Of a stretch of DNA of 64,000 nucleotides, positions 1-9,301 are shown in pieces. The stretch comes from a virus (lineage: Duplodnaviria; Caudoviricetes), in the IMG/VR virus record IMGVR_UViG_3300010163_000001, positions 160,001 to 224,000 of that record; one strand, given 5' to 3'. Made by a program: the position numbers and the translations under genes. The notes under the pieces were generated by a model, which searched no databases, was not told where the DNA came from, and worked only from the letters and a program-made list of their open reading frames with translations. Position 1 is the stretch's first letter. Every line of letters starts with the position of its first letter.

Positions 1-136
1 ATCTGTATACCATACAGATTCTTATCTGAGCCAACAATTTAATTTTATGTTATAAGAATATAAAAAAAGAAGCCACTTTTTTAGCGGCTTCTTAGCTGAT
101 AGTAAAAGTCTGAGACAACCCAAAAAGGATAATTTA

Positions 137-691
137 TTAAATATCTTTTTCCTCTACTAACCAATGAGGAATTTTGTTTGAAACACGCATTTCAGCATGT
201 TCTTTTGTTGTTTTTTCTTTGCCGGTAGGTACCTGCGTATAAGTGCCGTCTTCATTCTTCTGAGGTTTCTTTGTTTCCTCAACTTTTTCTGCCCGTTTTA
301 CCTGGAAAATTTCCATCTGAGACTCATTCTCATCTGTTACCGGAAGAATTAACTTCCTTCCTACACCGGTATAATCCTTCACAATAGTTGTAGCTAACTC
401 ATTAATAGCGGCCGCATGATCCTTTGTGAACTCAACTTCTTGAATCTTTCCCATTTCCGCTGCATCGACACCAAACTGTTTCAATACCGGTTTTAATGAT
501 TCTCGATAGTGCTTTACAGGCTGTGTTTCAACCGGTTCCCCGTCTTTAATATATGTCTTAACGGTGTGCTCCGGCGTATTAATAAGGGTATGAGTCAAAT
601 CTCTTAAATCAGACTGACTATAACGAGTTCCTCCAGCTTCGTTTACTTTTCTTCTGATCTCCTCTTTGAGATCATCATACTTGTTACCCAT
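137..691 (-). CDS. hypothetical phage protein (184 aa)
   Basis: ORF with AAGGAGG SD; AACC-N6-TA motif at 722-733; terminator-like hairpin at 67-93. Confidence 0.8.
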   Translation of the reverse strand: MGNKYDDLKEEIRRKVNEAGGTRYSQSDLRDLTHTLINTPEHTVKTYIKDGEPVETQPVKHYRESLKPVLKQFGVDAAEMGKIQEVEFTKDHAAAINELATTIVKDYTGVGRKLILPVTDENESQMEIFQVKRAEKVEETKKPQKNEDGTYTQVPTGKEKTTKEHAEMRVSNKIPHWLVEEKDI

Positions 692-780
692 ATTTTTTAA
701 GTCCTCCTTTTACTTGTATTTTACACATTGGTTTATGGATGTATAGAAAAATATCCATAAACCAATGTTTTTATTATTTG

Positions 781-1998
781 TTAAGTCACGAAATTTCCGG
801 CAACTGGTTCTTTTTCTCCGGATGTGTGATTTACCTGATCAATCATTTCTTTCCGTGTCTTTGGAGCTTCTTCATCAAACGTATCTGACTTCTTTAATGT
901 TGGAGGTTCAATAATGACATCTATTTCGTCTTCATCCTCCTCTTCGGTACCTTCTTCATCTTCTTCCATCAGAAGTTCTTCCAAATCTCCCTTCCATTGT
1001 AATATATGCTCTAGTGTCCCGGCAAGTACTTTCTGATTCTTTGTTAGATTATCAAGAGTTTCCATTATTGAAGAAAATTCATCATCAACTTCTGGGTTGA
1101 CTCTATCATATTCATTTGAGTTTACTAAAGCATTTACTGTAGAAGATAAGTCCATCACACAATCTGTTAAACGGTTTATTTTGCTTTCAACTTCATCAAC
1201 TTCTTGTGAGGAATCATCCTCTTCATAGTATTCTTCTCTCTCCAGTGGAGAGTTATCATATGGGTCAAAATAATCATCATAGAGAGATTCTTTTTGCGAA
1301 TCCCTCTCTCTCCTAGGTTGCCTGGTTCGAGAAGGTGATTTCTTTGAGGCACGGCGTTCATTCAGAGCATTAATGAAATCTTCTAACGGACTGGAGCCAT
1401 CATACTCATCACGAAGCCATCTTGATCCTATATTGGATTCGTATGGGTCATCCATAGAAAATAGATCGTCATCATCCCAATCAAATGCAAATAGATCATC
1501 ATCATAATCTTTATTACGCCGACCGCGATGTACCAAATCATTTAACGTCTGGAACTGATTCTTATATGCGGTCTTTGGATTCTTAATATCCAGAAGTTTC
1601 CTCAATTCTTTCAATGAATCATCATATAAATCAAGGAAATAATTATATTTTTTAATGAGGTATTTACTCCGCTTCCCTTTTCTCTCACGCTTTTTATTTA
1701 TGCCTTTCAGATGTCGAATCTGATGATCAACTCTGATTAACTCCTCAATAACCGTAAAATAATGATGATTGTTGAGAATAGTCATGAGATAATCAAGACC
1801 AACCATGTCGATAACCGCACGTACATCACGGTTATCGTACATATTGGCAATTTTTCTGGAGAAGCTCGGAACACCAAAGAGATCCTCAATAACTCTATCA
1901 AAGGATCCCATATATCTTGGTCTCATTCTGTCATCACAAATCAGCTCTTTCATTCGAAAGAGCACAAATTTGTAAAGAACATCGCTTCTTGCTGCCAT
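781..1998 (-). CDS. hypothetical protein with acidic C-terminal half (405 aa)
   Basis: Long ORF, GAGGAGG SD, overlaps the stop of the upstream gene. Confidence 0.8.
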   Translation of the reverse strand: MAARSDVLYKFVLFRMKELICDDRMRPRYMGSFDRVIEDLFGVPSFSRKIANMYDNRDVRAVIDMVGLDYLMTILNNHHYFTVIEELIRVDHQIRHLKGINKKRERKGKRSKYLIKKYNYFLDLYDDSLKELRKLLDIKNPKTAYKNQFQTLNDLVHRGRRNKDYDDDLFAFDWDDDDLFSMDDPYESNIGSRWLRDEYDGSSPLEDFINALNERRASKKSPSRTRQPRRERDSQKESLYDDYFDPYDNSPLEREEYYEEDDSSQEVDEVESKINRLTDCVMDLSSTVNALVNSNEYDRVNPEVDDEFSSIMETLDNLTKNQKVLAGTLEHILQWKGDLEELLMEEDEEGTEEEDEDEIDVIIEPPTLKKSDTFDEEAPKTRKEMIDQVNHTSGEKEPVAGNFVT

Positions 1999-2378
1999 TA
2001 ATCATCCTCCTCTTCTTCCGAATCAGACTCTAACAAGCCTTCTTCTTCTAATATTCGATCAACATGGTGTCTGTACGCACTTGGCTTTGCGGAGTCGAAC
2101 GACTCGAACGCTGCATCGGCGAGTTGCTCTTTATCTTTAGCAATTTGCAGGCGAACTTCTTCACTGAGTTCCACCCTTTCACTAGCTTCGTCGACAGCCA
2201 ATTTAATCCCTTCTTTATCATAGTAATTAATCGGGTCATATCCAATTACCTCCTCAAACGTTTGTTGCATTTCCTCTTTGTCATGCTTCTCTGGTGAAAG
2301 AAGTGCCAATACATCATCAACACTTTCTTCACTATCAGCAGTTACAAGTTTAACCATTTCCTCTAACCTACTACTCAT
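1998..2378 (-). CDS. acidic hypothetical protein (126 aa)
   Basis: ORF with GGAGG SD. Confidence 0.75.
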   Translation of the reverse strand: MSSRLEEMVKLVTADSEESVDDVLALLSPEKHDKEEMQQTFEEVIGYDPINYYDKEGIKLAVDEASERVELSEEVRLQIAKDKEQLADAAFESFDSAKPSAYRHHVDRILEEEGLLESDSEEEEDD

Positions 2379-2533
2379 GGTTTACTTCCTCCATATTTAG
2401 TTTTTCTATATTCAGTTTTTGTGAAAATGTCGTTTATTAAATAAAATATTAATCCAGACATCGGTCCGCAACGATTACCCGACACCTGTCCTCTCATAAG
2501 TCCACATCAATAATATAGGACTTTAAAAATATA

Positions 2534-2565
2534 AAAAAAGAGGATCCCATGGGATCCTCTTTTTT
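2534..2565. terminator. perfect 32-bp palindrome with A/T tails, bidirectional intrinsic terminator
   Basis: aaaaaagaggatccca|tgggatcctctttttt immediately after the stop of 2573..3178(-). Confidence 0.75.
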
Positions 2566-2572
2566 ATTTATC

Positions 2573-3178
2573 TTATTCGTCTATGTCTTCCTGAATATCG
2601 CGTAAGTATGTGTTAATAAAGTTTTCTGGTTCTTGTATTAATGCATTAATTTGAGGAAAGTCTTCGATAAAGAAATACGGCATCCTTAATTTTTCTTCTA
2701 ATTTTCCCTCTGTTTCTCCAGATTGCATATTCTGACTAATTGCAATAGGCGTAAACTGATCTACTTTGATAATATAATCAACTTGAAAACTCATTATCAC
2801 TTTAGATACTCTAGGAATAGATATTCTCATTAAGTATCCATTTTTATTTAATCTTGCAAACTCATAATCATGATCATGTGAGATTTGAAAGGTTTCGGAC
2901 AATGAGAACCATTTTAGATACGTGCAAAATGAATTTTGTAAAACCTTCATCGTAGGCTTAAAGAAAATATCGCCATCAGTCATTTTATTCATAACTGGTA
3001 AAGTATTCTTTTCAAATTCATTTATCAATACTTCATTACCTACGATATCGTCAATTTTTATATTGCTCTTCCCATATATACCGAGTTTTTGATTCATGGG
3101 GGTAACGACTCCTTTTAATGAGTCGTTTGTTTGTTGAGGTAAGTACCTTGGATTTCGTTCAAATTCCATATCAACCAT
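2573..3178 (-). CDS. hypothetical protein (201 aa)
   Basis: ORF in tightly packed operon. Confidence 0.7.
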   Translation of the reverse strand: MVDMEFERNPRYLPQQTNDSLKGVVTPMNQKLGIYGKSNIKIDDIVGNEVLINEFEKNTLPVMNKMTDGDIFFKPTMKVLQNSFCTYLKWFSLSETFQISHDHDYEFARLNKNGYLMRISIPRVSKVIMSFQVDYIIKVDQFTPIAISQNMQSGETEGKLEEKLRMPYFFIEDFPQINALIQEPENFINTYLRDIQEDIDE

Positions 3179-3190
3179 CCTTTCTTTTTA

Positions 3191-3658
3191 TTAATGAAAA
3201 ATATATCCTAATATTCGTAACCAGAAAAACCCAATTAACATAAAATAAATACCATACAATAAGGTTGTATATTCGTTAATGAATTCCGTTTTTCCAAGTA
3301 AGTTATTAGCTTTATTAATTCGAACTAAAAGTTTTTCATTATTCAAATCAATATTTTCGTATCTATCTCCAAATATCATTTCATTTGTTTCTCCAATGTT
3401 TAATGATCTAACAACATATCTTATCTGTAGAAAGTTCCATGCAAATGTCAAAATTACGAATATAATCATTAACATTTCTAAACCATTAGGTTTTCCAAAT
3501 ATCCAACTAATAAGGATTGATAAGATTGCTATTAAACCTGAAATACCTGAACGCATCATGTTTTTTATATTTTTATCAATAATCATGTGAACTGTCGTAT
3601 CTTCTGTATGTTCTAATAAATACATAAAAGGGTTTTGCCGATTATATTTATTCATCAT
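3191..3658 (-). CDS. membrane protein (about 3 TM helices)
   Basis: Hydrophobic stretches GLIAILSILISWIFG, MLMIIFVILTFAW, LLYGIYFMLIGFFWL; start moved to ATG 3658 after a GGAGG SD. Confidence 0.7.
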   Translation of the reverse strand: MMNKYNRQNPFMYLLEHTEDTTVHMIIDKNIKNMMRSGISGLIAILSILISWIFGKPNGLEMLMIIFVILTFAWNFLQIRYVVRSLNIGETNEMIFGDRYENIDLNNEKLLVRINKANNLLGKTEFINEYTTLLYGIYFMLIGFFWLRILGYIFH

Positions 3659-3869
3659 TTGTATCATCCTCCATTTCTTCCATAACAGATACCGTATCAT
3701 GTATTGTCTTACAAAGATAATTATTCATATCTTTTATTTCTTCCACAATACATTTCACTTGTTTTTTAATTTCTTCTAATAAAACTAGATTTTCATCATC
3801 TGTTAATTTTTTCTTACCATTACTCAAACATTTCACTTTGATATCCTCCATCATTATCCCAAATTTCAA
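3648..3869 (-). CDS. small hypothetical protein
   Basis: Fills the gap between neighbouring genes; true start probably ~3854. Confidence 0.5.
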   Translation of the reverse strand: MKFGIMMEDIKVKCLSNGKKKLTDDENLVLLEEIKKQVKCIVEEIKDMNNYLCKTIHDTVSVMEEMEDDTNDE

Positions 3870-4884
3870 GCATTCCCCTTACTATTTGGAAAACACATAT
3901 GTTTTTTGGGTTATCACTTTCCTTTTCATCGATTGATAAATATAAATTATTCCCATCTACTTCTAAAACAATATCAAGGATCGTTCTTGAATTATAAATT
4001 TTTGATTCCATTAAAATAACTTGCGGAATAAATATAGATGCTTCTAATAAATCATACGGTGTTCGAAAGAAAAATTCGTTTTCATAGTTACTTCCAGGAA
4101 ATCCATCCCCTACACACTCATCAGAATCAATAGAAAAAATGGATTTCTCTGAAACATAATGTCTTGTAATAATCATACTATTATACACATGATGTAATCG
4201 TTCAAAATAATCCACATCCATTATATAAACAGTTTCCATAGGCATAGATATTCTATTACTGTCAGATTTCAATGGAACAATTATCATGTTATAATCTTTC
4301 AATATATTAGATAATTCATCGTCTATTTCAGTATCCATATCTGAATCTAAGTCATCATAGATCCTTTCCCATTTATTTGCATAAGTATCTAATCCAATAT
4401 AACTCATTCCATCTTCATTAAAAATATCTTCCACATCTGTAGTCATACCGGTATATTCAAATGTTTTTTTAAGTTTCTTGTCTGATATTGTCTCATCAAT
4501 ATAAAATGTAGTATTTCCATATTCTATAACGATTGTCTGTATGAATAAATGATTATGGAATAATCCATTCTCTGAAAACATATTAAATGCAATCATTTGT
4601 TTTAATAATGGGTAGATACTATAAAACTTTGATTTAGTATCTAATTTAAATTCTGATATAATTGGAGAAGATACATCCCATGGAACATCTTCTTCTCCAT
4701 ATACGAGATCAAATTTAATCCTTACTGGTTCTTTCTTAAAGTCTTTTCTTGGTTTCCTTACCAAGGTATACACAGGTCCTTTTCTATCCGTAGAAATATC
4801 AATTGCTACAAATTCTAATGAGCCTTCATTTTTCTTCTCTTCTGTAAAGAAATATCCATTTGAATAAAAGTATAAGTTTGGCAT
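3820..4884 (-). CDS. hypothetical protein, probable member of a tandem paralog family
   Basis: 354 aa; similar size and N-terminal pattern to the next two ORFs. Confidence 0.75.
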   Translation of the reverse strand: MPNLYFYSNGYFFTEEKKNEGSLEFVAIDISTDRKGPVYTLVRKPRKDFKKEPVRIKFDLVYGEEDVPWDVSSPIISEFKLDTKSKFYSIYPLLKQMIAFNMFSENGLFHNHLFIQTIVIEYGNTTFYIDETISDKKLKKTFEYTGMTTDVEDIFNEDGMSYIGLDTYANKWERIYDDLDSDMDTEIDDELSNILKDYNMIIVPLKSDSNRISMPMETVYIMDVDYFERLHHVYNSMIITRHYVSEKSIFSIDSDECVGDGFPGSNYENEFFFRTPYDLLEASIFIPQVILMESKIYNSRTILDIVLEVDGNNLYLSIDEKESDNPKNICVFQIVRGMLEIWDNDGGYQSEMFE

Positions 4885-5982
4885 TTACCTTCTCCCTCCT
4901 ATCATAGTTAAAAAATCATCTAAATCTAATAATGTATATTTATCAGCACATATTTCATATAAGCCATTGTCTGTTGTGTCTATTATAATAGACACAAGAA
5001 CATCATATTCATAATTATTGATTTCATCCTCCCTTCGATATCCATATAAATCTTCATAGATCGTTGTAATAAATGTAATATAGAAATCCATGAAAGAAAA
5101 AATATCTAAAAAATGTGTTATTGATGTAGTATTCTTGAAAAAATTTCTGAGATAAGAAATATTAAAAACATCATCCACTTCATTATCAATAATCATTTTT
5201 GGAATTTTATATAATCCCTTCTGAATATACTCTTCAAACATGGAAACAAATTCTTTTTTGGTATAAAATATACTAATGGTCGATTCATATTTTTTCATTT
5301 TATCAATTAATTCATATTCCATAGATGTTAAAATGCATATCGTATTTGACAATACACAAGGCATTCCTATTAAGTCACCATCATCATAACCAATGAACCC
5401 ATCAATACTTAACTCCCAATATCCTTTTTGAGATAATCTAATTTTTTCTTTTTTTAATTCTTCTATAATGATACATGAAGAATAGATATCTTTAAATTTT
5501 GATGATACTTTCCAAGCCATGTACTCTGGAGAAGAACTTGGTTTCATGGAATAATGAGAAGAATAAATAAGTTTCTTTTTTTCATTATAGATATTCACCC
5601 CAATATAAATCATCCTAGTCATAAGAAATTCGTCAGGATATTCTCCATTCAATGTAAAATTAACAAGATCAAGCAAATCAATAGCATTCATAAATTTTAA
5701 GAGGTCAATAATATTATTGACCTCTTTATGCACCGGTTGGAATGAATAATCAACAACTTCATCATCCACAAGCGTTGATACACAGAATTGATAATCTATT
5801 ATTGCATGATCAAAATCAATATAATCAAACTTATCAAGTATCAAGAAATTTCTTGATACTCCATTTTTAGATTCTTTTACTGGTATTAAAATATATTCTA
5901 CCTTATCAAGTTTCTTTGTTTTCATCTTTTCCAATGAACATTTCTTAAACTTTCCATTTTTATATAAAAGTATTAGAAACAT
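4885..5982 (-). CDS. hypothetical protein, probable member of a tandem paralog family
   Basis: ATG 5982 follows GGGAGGTG SD. Confidence 0.75.
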   Translation of the reverse strand: MFLILLYKNGKFKKCSLEKMKTKKLDKVEYILIPVKESKNGVSRNFLILDKFDYIDFDHAIIDYQFCVSTLVDDEVVDYSFQPVHKEVNNIIDLLKFMNAIDLLDLVNFTLNGEYPDEFLMTRMIYIGVNIYNEKKKLIYSSHYSMKPSSSPEYMAWKVSSKFKDIYSSCIIIEELKKEKIRLSQKGYWELSIDGFIGYDDGDLIGMPCVLSNTICILTSMEYELIDKMKKYESTISIFYTKKEFVSMFEEYIQKGLYKIPKMIIDNEVDDVFNISYLRNFFKNTTSITHFLDIFSFMDFYITFITTIYEDLYGYRREDEINNYEYDVLVSIIIDTTDNGLYEICADKYTLLDLDDFLTMIGGRR

Positions 5983-7024
5983 TATCAGCACCTCCCTGTA
6001 TCTTATTTATTAAATCTGATAATTTCATAGGTTCCTCATCTGTACAAATAATATGTTTGTCTGACATTGAATGATCTATACTGAATTCTTCTATTTCAAA
6101 ATATGATTTTGAATGATACTTCTTTGTAATTTTTCCAAAATCATTTATTTCGGCCACTGTAATAACTGTCATGTATAAATAAGGCAAATATATAATGTAC
6201 TCTAAAATATAGCGAAGTTCATGAAACCACACATCATGTAATCGATTATATGGCTGGAATGGAAGTTCTGTATCCCAATCTGCATAATCAAATACTTCAT
6301 CTGGTATAGGTTCTTCTATTTCGTCAAATGTTGCAGTTCTGCAATATAAACTTTTTACTGATGTTCTTAATATGTCATAATGTGATTTTGATAAAAATGT
6401 AATTGTTCTTGTATACGGTAAGAGTATTCCACATGCATCATTTTTATGAGCTCTATTATTTACACTCCAGCATCTATTAGCCAAATCAATCATTATAAAT
6501 TCAATGGAATCTATTGGAGAATAGATGGCTTCTATAACATTCATTATAGTGTATGGATCAAAAGCTCCTTTTTGATTCTTTAAATTTAGTTCTTTTGAAT
6601 ACGCCTTTTTATCGTTGCAAAAAATTTCTAATTTAAATAAAGAGCATTCAATTAATTCATAAGAAATGCAATCATTTGATCTTGATATTGTATTAAAAAA
6701 TCTCATCCGATTTAAGGAATTTAGATAAGACATAAATTCTGAAATAGAGTATACTGTTTTAATAACAGAACCCATTGGAGTATATGCAAATGACTCTTGA
6801 TACTGATATTCTTCAGTATCATTTACCATTTGACGTATTTGTGTTTCCATGTATATATTTGCTTTTGTAAAATTCTTCATGTATTTTATTGGCTCATGCA
6901 ATAAGAATGTATTACTGGTTGGATCTGCTTCAAATAGAATATACTTAATTTTATCATAATATTTATTAATTGAATTTTTCATTAATACTGATCCATCTTT
7001 CATTAGTAAGATTATTTTATCCAT
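5960..7024 (-). CDS. hypothetical protein, probable member of a tandem paralog family
   Basis: ATG 7024 follows GAGGAGG SD; early-type motif at 7054-7065. Confidence 0.75.
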   Translation of the reverse strand: MDKIILLMKDGSVLMKNSINKYYDKIKYILFEADPTSNTFLLHEPIKYMKNFTKANIYMETQIRQMVNDTEEYQYQESFAYTPMGSVIKTVYSISEFMSYLNSLNRMRFFNTISRSNDCISYELIECSLFKLEIFCNDKKAYSKELNLKNQKGAFDPYTIMNVIEAIYSPIDSIEFIMIDLANRCWSVNNRAHKNDACGILLPYTRTITFLSKSHYDILRTSVKSLYCRTATFDEIEEPIPDEVFDYADWDTELPFQPYNRLHDVWFHELRYILEYIIYLPYLYMTVITVAEINDFGKITKKYHSKSYFEIEEFSIDHSMSDKHIICTDEEPMKLSDLINKIQGGADNVSNTFI

Positions 7025-7117
7025 ATTTTTCCTCCTCTTGATTTTCACTACTCAAAAAATATATAATTGCTTAAAAGATTACAATGACATAATTATATAT
7101 GAAGGAGTTGACAATAG

Positions 7118-7609
7118 ATGTTTAAATTGGCAGAAAACGAATTAAAAATACCTTTAGAAGAAAAAAATATTCGTGGGGATGTAAGACAAAAAATCTTCAA
7201 GATAATTTATAAAGGGTATTTAAAACGTTTTGATTTAAAGTTAGTTTGTGCATATCTATCTGCAGATAAGTCATCAATGTTTGATTATATGCTTATATTT
7301 TCTGGAAGAAATAAAGCTAATACAGGAGATTTGATCTTGTATGATATAACCCCAAAAGGAACTGCTCGCTCTACTGTAGGGTATAGATATTACAAAAAAA
7401 TGGGAAAAGAAGAAGATTTTTTCCAATTTGGTATTGAAAATATGTGTATTATTAGTAAAGAAATGTTTTATGAATTTATCCAGGAAAAGTTATTGCTTTC
7501 TTTTGACAAAGAAAGTGAAGAATATTGGAAAAATAAAGACAACATTGATGATGTAATGATTGCACTAGGAGATGTATTTATGTTTTATAACAGACCAAAA
7601 CCAATGTAA
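7118..7609 (+). CDS. hypothetical protein (163 aa)
   Basis: AAGGAG SD; ends at hairpin 7611-7643 shared with the convergent gene. Confidence 0.75.
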   Translation: MFKLAENELKIPLEEKNIRGDVRQKIFKIIYKGYLKRFDLKLVCAYLSADKSSMFDYMLIFSGRNKANTGDLILYDITPKGTARSTVGYRYYKKMGKEEDFFQFGIENMCIISKEMFYEFIQEKLLLSFDKESEEYWKNKDNIDDVMIALGDVFMFYNRPKPM

Positions 7610-7627
7610 AATATAGTGGGGAGCTTC

Positions 7628-8176
7628 TTACTCCCCACTATATAAACTGTATTCGTAACTTGTCCTCATATGTTTCATTTCCTCGTATTGTGATAATCTC
7701 TGAAGGTATTCTTCCATGTTACAGAACAAAATTGAATTTACCATGATATCTCTCTTATTCAATTTATTCATTATCTTTTTGGATTTTGCCATCTTTGATA
7801 ATACTTTAATTGTATTTACAATAGAAGCAACGTCTGGTTGTGATTTTTTAATATCATATAGTTTTTTAACGTCGTTTGCCAAAATTGCGATTCTTCTTAA
7901 GTGATCTATGGTTTCTACAATTTCCATATCAATAGATCCTGAGAATAATTGTATGATTGTAGAATCTACATCTGGTATGTAGTATCCCATATATTCTGTA
8001 ATAATTTTATCTTCATAATGAAGCATTAAAGTTGTTTCAGATATCATTTCTTCCTTTATTTCATATTCTCCTTTTACTAATCCCCTATGAGATTCGAAAT
8101 AATTACTGATTAATTTTTTTTTATTGCTAACTGCAATAACTCTATTCTTATAGTATCCAATATAATAACTTTCCAT
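7628..8176 (-). CDS. hypothetical protein (182 aa)
   Basis: AAGGAGG SD. Confidence 0.75.
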   Translation of the reverse strand: MESYYIGYYKNRVIAVSNKKKLISNYFESHRGLVKGEYEIKEEMISETTLMLHYEDKIITEYMGYYIPDVDSTIIQLFSGSIDMEIVETIDHLRRIAILANDVKKLYDIKKSQPDVASIVNTIKVLSKMAKSKKIMNKLNKRDIMVNSILFCNMEEYLQRLSQYEEMKHMRTSYEYSLYSGE

Positions 8177-8275
8177 ATTAGATAGTCCTCCTTTTTCTTA
8201 TTATAACAAAAATATACGAGTTTTTGTAAATCTTTTTAACTTTATAGTAAGTAATTAAAAGGAGGTTATAAATAA

Positions 8276-8743
8276 ATGGAGAAAATAAAAAAGATAAAAT
8301 TCATAAGTCCTAAACCTGTAGAATTTAATGATAAACTGTTTGAAGATTGCGATTTTAAGGAGTATAATTTTTATAAAGGGACTATTACGAATTGTACTTT
8401 TGTGAATTGTAATTTCGAAGATGCCAATTTTTCTAAAGCTACGATAACAAATTGTAAATTTATAGGATGTTTTATGCAATATTGCGGGATGGTTAGGATT
8501 AATATTTCGAATTGTGAAATTATTGGTTGTGATTTGTGGCATAGCAACATGTGTCATTCCATAATTCATGGAACAATATTTGAGAGTACAATATTAAAAG
8601 CTTTATTTAAGGAATTAAACTGGAAAGATAATTCTTTTGATAAAGATACTATTATTGATAGTTGTGGTGGATCGCATTGTGGAATTCCAAATGAAATTAT
8701 AAAGAATTTGGAAAATTCTTTTAAATTAAATAAAGCTTCCTAG
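8276..8743 (+). CDS. pentapeptide repeat protein
   Basis: Repeats FEDCD-FKEYN-FYKGT-ITNCT-FVNCN-FEDAN-FSKAT-ITNCK; AAGGAGG SD. Confidence 0.85.
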   Translation: MEKIKKIKFISPKPVEFNDKLFEDCDFKEYNFYKGTITNCTFVNCNFEDANFSKATITNCKFIGCFMQYCGMVRINISNCEIIGCDLWHSNMCHSIIHGTIFESTILKALFKELNWKDNSFDKDTIIDSCGGSHCGIPNEIIKNLENSFKLNKAS

Positions 8744-9301
8744 TTTTTATTTGAAAATCTCAGAGTTGGATATATAAAATATTCCTGACTCTGAGATTTT
8801 CAGGTTTTAGAAACTATTCCGTTTGGAAAAACTCCTCCCATTTGTAATACATTACATACCTTAATATTGTAATTATATATGGAATGTATAATAGTCCTTA
8901 CGGACATTATTACGCTTTCTTTACATAGAGATTACTTATATCATCATTACTATGTAATATTACCAGAACGCTTATTTATATTCAATACTATTTTACAGCA
9001 TTTAATATTTAGATTGAATATTACTTTTACTACTAGTTTGCTTGATGTTACTTCGTAACATCAACTTAACTAACATTTTATATGATTACATATGTGAATA
9101 TGTAATCATATAAAATATCAGTAACATATACATGAAATATATAATTACATATATATATGTAATGTATATAGCTTTTTTTAAAAAGATAAATTTTTTAACT
9201 ATGTATTAAATCAATTTTCTCTGAAAATCTCAGAGTGTAAATAAGATGGATGAGATATCTCATCCATCTTATTAGTTTAAAAAATTAAACGATTTAAAAA
9301 T
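8744..9301. other. 560-bp non-coding AT-rich region with multiple inverted repeats (candidate origin or regulatory locus)
   Basis: TGAAAATCTCAGAGT at 8752-8766(+), 8788-8802(-) and 9222-9236(+); 19-bp IR at 9075-9116; many TTACA/TGTAA boxes. Confidence 0.45.
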
